Assembly: GCA_023145125.1 (NCBI GenBank)
Contig: JAGLEK010000089.1
Span: 1 to 40,322, forward strand
Direction: 5' to 3'
Source of the DNA: Bacteroidales bacterium
GTDB taxonomy: Bacteria; Bacteroidota; Bacteroidia; Bacteroidales; B18-G4
DNA: 40,322 bases
The position numbers were made by a program, and so were the translations under genes. The notes beneath the pieces were generated by a model. It saw only the letters and a list, made by a program, of their open reading frames with translations. It made no database searches and was not told the origin of the DNA. Positions 1 through 5,992 of the stretch are shown here, piece after piece. Each line of letters opens with the position of its first letter. The stretch's first letter is position 1.

Positions 1-21
1 CTGGATGCTGGATACTGGATA
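1..21. repeat. heptamer tandem array CTGGATG CTGGATA CTGGATA, cut by the window edge
   Basis: Three direct 7-nt units of the same type as the array at 2632-2702. They lie 7 nt downstream of the stop of the minus-strand gene 29-358. Confidence 0.85.
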
Positions 22-28
22 TCCCTAC

Positions 29-358
29 TTATTTTTTGCTCTGTTGTTTTTCCAGGAAATAACTGATAACTAATGCAAGTCCTCCCCACAGGAAGATCAT
101 GGAAAAATATGAAACCTCAGGTTCCAGTGCAGTTGTTACTTCAATTATATTCCCAAGCAGAATACCTATTGCAACACCGATCAGAAGTAATCCGTAACGA
201 ATACCAAGCATGGCGGGCTTCAGATATTCAAAGGAGGAGGGATCAGCACCTTTTTCAAGCATGGTCATTCTTTCTTTTTTCCTGACACCAAGGTATACGA
301 TACCATATATGAATCCGAAGATCACAAGCAGGACAAGTATTGGAGTTAATTCAATCAT
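29..358 (-). CDS. small integral membrane protein of unknown function
   Basis: 109-aa ORF with three hydrophobic segments (ILVLLVIFGFIYGIVYLGV, LLLIGVAIGILLGNII, MIFLWGGLALVISYF) and a charged loop (KKERMTMLEKGADP). No catalytic motif recognised. The stop codon lies 7 nt from a CTGGATR heptamer array. Confidence 0.55.
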   Translation of the reverse strand: MIELTPILVLLVIFGFIYGIVYLGVRKKERMTMLEKGADPSSFEYLKPAMLGIRYGLLLIGVAIGILLGNIIEVTTALEPEVSYFSMIFLWGGLALVISYFLEKQQSKK

Positions 359-480
359 AATATTTTGTTTTAAATGGTAAATGAATGTTTCTGCATCTTT
401 GACGCAATCTTCTCCACCAGGTTACAACTCAGGGGAATAAAATTTAGAACCTTTAATATTTCTATTTGTGTTAGCATACC

Positions 481-540
481 GGTACGAGGTGCGGGGGATG
501 GGGTATGAGGACTTCATCCTCCATCCTTGTACCTCGTACC
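481..540. repeat. imperfect 60-nt inverted repeat (hairpin) whose arms are built of GG-initiated heptads
   Basis: The left arm reads GGTACGA GGTGCGG GGGATGG GGTATGA GGAC. The reverse complement of the right arm reads GGTACGA GGTACAA GGATGGA GGATGAA. The outer 10 bp pair perfectly (ggtacgaggt / acctcgtacc). Confidence 0.8.
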
Positions 541-584
541 CTGTCCCACAAACCAATTTCACTGGTCTTATAAAGATACTTTCC

Positions 585-592
585 TAAATTTG
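585..592 (+). promoter_or_regulatory. Bacteroidota -7 promoter box TAAATTTG (TAnnTTTG consensus)
   Basis: Exact match to the consensus, 4 nt upstream of the GNAT ATG at 597. Confidence 0.5.
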
Positions 593-596
593 CAGT

Positions 597-1025
597 ATGA
601 TTGATATCGTTACATTTAATATTAATGAAAAGCCTGACCTTAGCAAACAGGCCAACCAAATCCGTCAAAAAGTATTTGTTGAGGAACAAAATGTTGATCC
701 CGTCCTGGAATATGACGAGTATGAATCAACAGCAATCCATTATTTACTTAGCGTTGAGGGTGTTCCGGTAGCTACAGCACGTTGGCGGGAAACACCTAAA
801 GGCATCAAACTGGAAAGGTTTGCCACCTTAACTTCACATCGTAATAAAGGCCTGGGTGCTTTCCTGCTTGAGGACATCCTGAACGACATCCTCCCAACAG
901 ATAAAAAGATATACCTCCACTCCCAGTTGAAAGCCATACCCTTCTATAAAAGGCACGGGTTTGTTATAATAGGCGAGCAATTCACAGAAGCAGATATTGA
1001 ACACTTTGAGATGGAATACAGGTAG
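597..1025 (+). CDS. GNAT family N-acetyltransferase
   Basis: 142 aa. Acetyl-CoA binding motif A is present (HRNKGLGAFLLE), followed by a YKRHGF block typical of GNAT folds. A TAAATTTG -7 box sits 4 nt upstream of the ATG, so the mRNA may be leaderless. Confidence 0.8.
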   Translation: MIDIVTFNINEKPDLSKQANQIRQKVFVEEQNVDPVLEYDEYESTAIHYLLSVEGVPVATARWRETPKGIKLERFATLTSHRNKGLGAFLLEDILNDILPTDKKIYLHSQLKAIPFYKRHGFVIIGEQFTEADIEHFEMEYR

Positions 1026-1030
1026 GAAAA

Positions 1031-1058
1031 ACGAACAACGAATAATGAACAACGAATA
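1031..1058. repeat. heptamer tandem array ACGAACA ACGAATA ATGAACA ACGAATA
   Basis: Four direct 7-nt units begin 6 nt after the GNAT stop codon (1023-1025). Confidence 0.85.
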
Positions 1059-1082
1059 TCAGGGAGTGACAGATTATAAATT

Positions 1083-1112
1083 CTAAAGACTGAATTGTAA
1101 AGTCTTAGTTTT
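1083..1112 (+). terminator. weak hairpin + T-run between convergent GNAT and mltF genes
   Basis: The stem aagact (1086-1091) / agtctt (1101-1106) is followed by TTTT (1109-1112). The hairpin includes the mltF stop codon. Confidence 0.35.
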
Positions 1113-2562
1113 CAATAACCTTTTTATAGTGTTCGTACCTCTCAAAGATCTCCACCACAAAGTTATAGGTTTCTTCACCACGGGCATATCCATATTTCAC
1201 CACTGAATCGCGGTAATAGACAGGATTTGATTTGTTGAGGATGAAAAAATCAACATTATCGGTCCAGACGTTGGGGTCTTTGCCATGCTTCTCCGCCAGG
1301 CGGCGCCCATCATAAATATGTGCAATCCCAACGTTATAAGCTGCCATTACAAACCGGATGCGCTCTTCCGGATCTTCAATTTCCGGAGGAAGCTGTTTGT
1401 CGAGCCAGCGAAGGAATTCTATCCCGGCCCTGATCTGGTCGGACGGAGGAGAATTTGTATCGACACCGTAAGCTTCAGCTGTTGTTGGCATCAATTGCAT
1501 CAGTCCGAAAGCCCCGACCCAGGAAGTAGCATCAGGATGAAAGCGTGATTCCTGGTAAATCAGGGAAGCTACCAGCCTCCAGTCCAGGCCATAAAAAGCA
1601 CTATACTCACGTATGATCTCATCATATTGTGAGATCTTCCCACCACCGATCGAATGATACTCACTCTGAGCGATGTTAACAGAACGTGGGTTGTTGAAAT
1701 ACTTATTATAAACATAGCGAGAGGCAACACTCTTTTTGTAATCCATGATCCAGTCATTGATCTCAAATCTCAAACTGTCACTACCCTGTCGTACTGCCCA
1801 GGCAACATGTTGCGGGAAGCTCACTGCAGTCTTGACATCAATATTCGGATAATACTTTTGATTCACTTTTGCGATATGCTCATCTGCAACGGTGAATTCG
1901 ATCTCCCCTTCAGCAACTGCGGTGATTAGCTGTTCAACCTCCCTTTCCGGATCAACAAAAATGTGGATTGTATCCCCGATCTCATTTGCAAGAATTTCAA
2001 GCCTGTCGGCAAAAACAGTTCCCTTTTGTACGTATACATCTTTGCCGGCCAGGTCTAATGGATTCCTGATCAGCATATCCTCAATTTCATCCCATGTGCG
2101 CATTTTCCTCCAGTTCTCGGGTTTACGCTGTATCAATACCTGTTTGGTTTGAATCTGGGGTAGGGTAAAATCAACCAGTTTCTGTCTGTCGCTGGTCACT
2201 GTCAGTCCCATCGCGATCACGTCAACCTTTTCATTATTTAAAAGATCGAAGGCCTGATTCATATCGCTGCTGATCACAAGTTTCAGGTTTACATCCAGAA
2301 AATCAGCAAATTGCTGAAGCATTTCAAACTGATAACCCATGGGTTCTCCCCGGTAAATAAAATAATTGGTGGAGTTATAATCAGTGAGGGCAATCAGGGT
2401 ATCGCGATCCAGGATCCGCTGCATGCTTTGATCTTGAGGCAACAGCTCATCATCCAGAATGTCACTCATTTTATCATCATGACCACTAATGCATGAATAG
2501 AGCAAGAACATCCATCCTGCAAAAAAGAACGCTAATATTAATATTGGTTTCCTTTTCTTCAA
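1105..2562 (-). CDS. mltF: membrane-bound lytic murein transglycosylase F-like protein (periplasmic solute-binding domain + SLT domain)
   Basis: 485 aa with a lipoprotein-type signal (FLLYSC). The N-terminal half resembles a PBP2 solute-binding domain. The C-terminal SLT domain has the catalytic-Glu block IYQESRF plus GLMQLM and AAYNVG motifs. Confidence 0.85.
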   Translation of the reverse strand: MKKRKPILILAFFFAGWMFLLYSCISGHDDKMSDILDDELLPQDQSMQRILDRDTLIALTDYNSTNYFIYRGEPMGYQFEMLQQFADFLDVNLKLVISSDMNQAFDLLNNEKVDVIAMGLTVTSDRQKLVDFTLPQIQTKQVLIQRKPENWRKMRTWDEIEDMLIRNPLDLAGKDVYVQKGTVFADRLEILANEIGDTIHIFVDPEREVEQLITAVAEGEIEFTVADEHIAKVNQKYYPNIDVKTAVSFPQHVAWAVRQGSDSLRFEINDWIMDYKKSVASRYVYNKYFNNPRSVNIAQSEYHSIGGGKISQYDEIIREYSAFYGLDWRLVASLIYQESRFHPDATSWVGAFGLMQLMPTTAEAYGVDTNSPPSDQIRAGIEFLRWLDKQLPPEIEDPEERIRFVMAAYNVGIAHIYDGRRLAEKHGKDPNVWTDNVDFFILNKSNPVYYRDSVVKYGYARGEETYNFVVEIFERYEHYKKVIEN

Positions 2563-2631
2563 ATAAAATTTTTCAAATTGTACACCAATGTAATAAATAA
2601 TGTCATGTTTAGGGGATAAAATTTATTAACA

Positions 2632-2702
2632 GTTGCTGGTTGCTGGATACTAGATACTAGATACTGGATACTGGATGCTGGATACTGGATGCTGGATACT
2701 GG
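2632..2702. repeat. heptamer tandem array, 10 units of G(A/T)T(A/G)CT(G/A) (= CTGGATR register)
   Basis: The units are GTTGCTG x2, GATACTA x2, GATACTG x2, GATGCTG, GATACTG, GATGCTG, GATACTG. The array ends 1 nt from the stop codon (2703-2705) of the minus-strand DUF2147 gene. Confidence 0.95.
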
Positions 2703-3167
2703 TTACTCTTTCACACGCGTCCAATAAGTAGTTTTTCCAATAAGTGATATTCCGATGTATCCCCTGATCTTTAACAGGTCATATTCCTTCATTATAATAT
2801 AGCAACTGTAGGTTTTTCCGGTTTTGGGATCGTAAATATCTCCCTCGTCCCATTCATTATCCTCATCCCATTCAAAATCGGTGAGCAGCATAATGCCTAA
2901 AGAGGGGCGTTTCTGCAGTTCCGGATCCGGGTTGTGTTTGTCTAACTTAGCTTTTCCAGTTTCATCATCAATGGGAAATTTATACCAGATAGTCTTGCCA
3001 AAATACAGATCCCCCTCTTTATAGATCTCAATATGGGCATCTTCATCTTCGTTCAGCCACACCCCGAGCAAGTCGTCAGACTTATAGTCCTGAGCTGAAA
3101 CATTTGCGGCAGTAAGCATACCGACCGCGATCACCATTAATAAAATCCTGAGTTTTTTCATAATCAT
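2703..3167 (-). CDS. DUF2147 family secreted protein
   Basis: 154 aa with signal peptide (...ANVSAQ). Blocks GVWLNEDEDAHIEIYK, GKTIW, DKHNPDP, GDIYDPKTGKTYSC and LKIRGY match my recollection of the DUF2147 signature. Confidence 0.7.
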   Translation of the reverse strand: MIMKKLRILLMVIAVGMLTAANVSAQDYKSDDLLGVWLNEDEDAHIEIYKEGDLYFGKTIWYKFPIDDETGKAKLDKHNPDPELQKRPSLGIMLLTDFEWDEDNEWDEGDIYDPKTGKTYSCYIIMKEYDLLKIRGYIGISLIGKTTYWTRVKE

Positions 3168-3350
3168 TTAGTTGGTTAGTATATATTCGGAAACTAAGAT
3201 ACATTAAAAGTTTATTCCTCCCTGCATACTAATTTTAACAGAGCCATTGTTTTGCACCAGGACCTTAACTGTTCAGGCCGGTTAAAACAATGTAGTTTCT
3301 TCGTTATCTGTCTAACAATCCGGATGTTAAGACTGTATTAAAATATCCCG

Positions 3351-3358
3351 TATTTTTG
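3351..3358 (+). promoter_or_regulatory. -7 box TATTTTTG
   Basis: Exact TAnnTTTG match, 4 nt upstream of the ATG at 3363. Confidence 0.45.
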
Positions 3359-3362
3359 TATT

Positions 3363-4265
3363 ATGCGAATGGCTCAGGCATATTTATTGATCCTTATTTT
3401 ATTAACTCAGGCATTCCTGCATGCCCAGGTAAGCATTAACTGTGATGAATGGGATTTTGAATCCGGAACTGATCTCTTAACTAATGACAGCATGCCGTTT
3501 TCCATTGCCGTGCCTGGTTCCGGATTACTGAATAATGCCCAAATATCGTTTTGCCCTTCAGGCATAGAGCGTTCGTCTCCCAATGATGTTAATAAGCGCC
3601 ATCACTTTGATTGGGTCGTTAAATACAATAATATTTACCTGAAAACTTCAGGAGGGCTCGTTTTTGAGGGGATGAATGAGCATGGATTTTCAGCATCGCT
3701 AATGTTTCTTAATAACAGCCGGCTTCCTGAGAAAGACAAGGAGCATATTCCCATCGCGGCTTCGCTAAGCGTTAATTTCTTCATCGATCATTTTAAATGC
3801 ATCGACACTGCCTTGCTTGCCATTTGGGACATCCGGATATTTGATGATTTAGACCTTGAATGCGGGTGGCCTTTCAGGTTAATATTGCATGATTCAAGCG
3901 GGGCAACAGCATATATTGAATATGTCAGGGGAGACCTCAGGGTATATACACCTGAATCCCCTGCCCTGATTGTAGGAGGCCCTACATATGCACGCCTGAT
4001 CACCCTGGGGCACTTTCCGGATTCAATACCTGCAGGCAAAGCTGAAAAACGTTTTCTGGATATTACAACAAATAGCATCCCGGATATCTCGTGGACTTTA
4101 TTGCAGTATTACAATGAGAGCTATTCTGATCACTATTATGGAATATTAAGAGACCATATGAATAAAGAATTACTCATCATGGATCCATCTGTTGAAGAAT
4201 TGAGGTTAAAATTCAGTGAGATCGTTTTCACCCCGGGAAAGGTAACAACCAAAAATATCTTCTAA
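3363..4265 (+). CDS. Ntn-hydrolase-like protein (choloylglycine hydrolase / linear amide C-N hydrolase family), possibly divergent
   Basis: 300 aa with a signal peptide, then a Cys (VSINC) where the family has its N-terminal nucleophile. A GMNEHGFSASL block parallels GMNEKGL in the family, and the central HDSSGATAYIEY and GGPTY blocks are also family-like. Several canonical residues look substituted. Confidence 0.5.
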   Translation: MRMAQAYLLILILLTQAFLHAQVSINCDEWDFESGTDLLTNDSMPFSIAVPGSGLLNNAQISFCPSGIERSSPNDVNKRHHFDWVVKYNNIYLKTSGGLVFEGMNEHGFSASLMFLNNSRLPEKDKEHIPIAASLSVNFFIDHFKCIDTALLAIWDIRIFDDLDLECGWPFRLILHDSSGATAYIEYVRGDLRVYTPESPALIVGGPTYARLITLGHFPDSIPAGKAEKRFLDITTNSIPDISWTLLQYYNESYSDHYYGILRDHMNKELLIMDPSVEELRLKFSEIVFTPGKVTTKNIF

Positions 4266-4876
4266 AACTCCGACAGCCTTGTCTTTACTTTCGATGCCAG
4301 GATATCGATAGCCACAAGATTTTCGCCTCCCTGCGGCACGATAATATCGGCATATCTTTTAGAAGGCTCAATGAATTGCAGGTGCATTGGTTTTACGAAA
4401 GTGTAATAATGCCTGAGCACATCCTGCACATCCCTTCCCCTTTCGATAATATCCCTTCGCATGATACGCGACAGGCGGTCATCATCATCGGCATCCACAA
4501 AAGTCTTCACGTCAAAACGCCCCCGCAGCTCCGGATTTGTAAAGATGAGGATCCCCTCAACGATGGTCACCTCTTTGGGCTCAATTCTTATTGTTTCTTT
4601 CAGGCGGGCACAATCAACATATGAATAGGTGGGCATCTCAATAGCATGCCCTTCCATAAGCTGGTCTATATGACGTATCAAAAGTCCCCATTCAATAGAA
4701 TCAGGATGGTCAAAATTTATCTTTTTCTTTTCTTTCGGAGGAAGATGGCCGTTATCCCAATAGTAGGAGTCCTGTACGATCACAGAAACACTATTCCTGG
4801 GAAGAAGTTCTATTATCCGGTTCACCACCGTAGTCTTTCCGGATCCCGATCCGCCTGCTATTCCAATAATCAACAT
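4262..4876 (-). CDS. udk: uridine kinase
   Basis: 204 aa. P-loop IGIAGGSGSGKTT at the N-terminus, with the DSYY and FDHPDS blocks typical of Udk. Confidence 0.9.
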   Translation of the reverse strand: MLIIGIAGGSGSGKTTVVNRIIELLPRNSVSVIVQDSYYWDNGHLPPKEKKKINFDHPDSIEWGLLIRHIDQLMEGHAIEMPTYSYVDCARLKETIRIEPKEVTIVEGILIFTNPELRGRFDVKTFVDADDDDRLSRIMRRDIIERGRDVQDVLRHYYTFVKPMHLQFIEPSKRYADIIVPQGGENLVAIDILASKVKTRLSEF

Positions 4877-4914
4877 AATTGCCAGTTTTCTGCTGCTAAG
4901 ATAGCAAAATCATA

Positions 4915-4949
4915 AGGGTTGCCAACCTTATTAGGGTTGCCAACCCTAA
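4915..4949. repeat. 13-nt direct repeat AGGGTTGCCAACC x2 (18-nt period), each copy self-complementary
   Basis: The copies lie at 4915-4927 and 4933-4945. TTAGGGTTG-C-CAACCCTAA (4931-4949) is a near-perfect palindrome that includes the stop codon of the minus-strand gene 4946-5371. On the minus strand TTATGATTTT follows, so this may be a terminator. Confidence 0.85.
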
Positions 4950-5371
4950 AATATCGTTATCCCCAGGGCACCAATACCTGAAAGTAAAATACTCCAGATC
5001 ACATTCCCGATCAACGACCAGATCAGCAATCGATTTGTCGCCCTTACGATGGTAATGCCAATGGCCATACCCAGTATCGGCCCGAATATACCGGGCAGTA
5101 AGAGGCCGAGGCCAATAACACCATATTTATTAAGGTAGCGGTGCATTTTTGCCCTGGATCTTCCCAGGTACCTTTCACCTCTCTTGCTCATCACATACCT
5201 TTTAACGCGGCTTCCAAAAATATAGACCAGGGTGGTGCCGGTTGCTGACCCCAGGGAAATAGTTATCGCAATCACGTAGGGATTGAAGCCATAGGCCAGG
5301 CCAACAGGAATGGCCATCCACAGGCCGAAAGAGCCCACGCAGAATAATATGATAAGGTGCAGGATTGTCAA
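4946..5371 (-). CDS. small polytopic membrane protein (small multidrug export-like / COG2426-like)
   Basis: 141 aa with four hydrophobic helices and a basic central loop (KRYVMSKRGERYLGRSRAKMHRYLNK). The family assignment is from memory only. Confidence 0.5.
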   Translation of the reverse strand: MTILHLIILFCVGSFGLWMAIPVGLAYGFNPYVIAITISLGSATGTTLVYIFGSRVKRYVMSKRGERYLGRSRAKMHRYLNKYGVIGLGLLLPGIFGPILGMAIGITIVRATNRLLIWSLIGNVIWSILLSGIGALGITIF

Positions 5372-5462
5372 GCTTTATTTATTTTAAATATTCTTCTAAC
5401 CCATGAAGATAACAAAACCCTAAAATTGAATCTGAAGCAAATGGAATTCATCCGGAATTAAA

Positions 5463-5870
5463 TTAGCTTTTATCTTCACAGAATTCCGTGAGCACACCGA
5501 AAGTGGATTTGGGATGCAGAAAAGCAATGTCCAGGCCTTCGGCCCCTCTGCGTGGCTGCAGGTCGATCAGCCTGATGCCACTTTCTTCAGCCTCTTTCAG
5601 GTGAGATTCAATGCCCTTCACGGCATACGCGATATGATGGATACCTTCACCACGCTTTTCAATGTGTTTCCCGATAGGGCCCTCCGGATCGGTAGATTCC
5701 AGCAATTCGATCTTTGTTTGCCCGATCCTGAGGAAAGCGGTCTTTACCTTCTGGTCTGTTACCTCTTCTATGGCATAACATTTCGTGCCAAGCATCTTTT
5801 CATAAAAAGGGATGGCCTCATCAAGGCTTTTAACAGCTATTCCAATATGTTCAATATGAGTTGGTTTCAT
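5463..5870 (-). CDS. mce: methylmalonyl-CoA epimerase (VOC/glyoxalase fold)
   Basis: The start is moved to the internal Met (MKPTHIEHIGIAV), giving 135 aa. Blocks HIGIAV, ELLE, GEGIHHIAY and the FLHPKS...GVL(T)E tail match the epimerase. The 24-codon upstream extension of the ORF has no family support. Confidence 0.85.
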   Translation of the reverse strand: MKPTHIEHIGIAVKSLDEAIPFYEKMLGTKCYAIEEVTDQKVKTAFLRIGQTKIELLESTDPEGPIGKHIEKRGEGIHHIAYAVKGIESHLKEAEESGIRLIDLQPRRGAEGLDIAFLHPKSTFGVLTEFCEDKS

Positions 5871-5924
5871 TACAGATACCTTTATTGTGAAATTTTTCAG
5901 AAAAGTAGGATAAATTTTAATTCC

Positions 5925-5966
5925 AAAAAAAGAACCGGCCATATATTTTTGTGAATAAGCCGGTTC
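5925..5966 (-). terminator. rho-independent terminator candidate for the VIT-vWA-TonB_C gene
   Basis: On the minus strand the stem is gaaccggc / gccggttc (8 bp, plus-strand coordinates 5932-5939 and 5959-5966) with a 19-nt loop. A run of 7 T follows (plus-strand A-run 5925-5931). The hairpin starts 26 nt after the stop codon. Confidence 0.6.
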
Positions 5967-5992
5967 CTTATGTGCATTTCAGGACAAAAGAT

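Noticed and set aside
471-689. Small ORFs 471-689(-), 30654-30872(-), 31815-32048(-) and 21071-21265(-).
   Set aside because: They span promoter or repeat elements, or overlap the starts of well-supported genes, and have no motif support.
2632-2702. Possible CRISPR array, considered for all the short tandem repeats.
   Set aside because: The units are 7-8 nt and directly abutting with no spacers, the arrays are under 120 nt, and no cas genes are present. They are not CRISPR.
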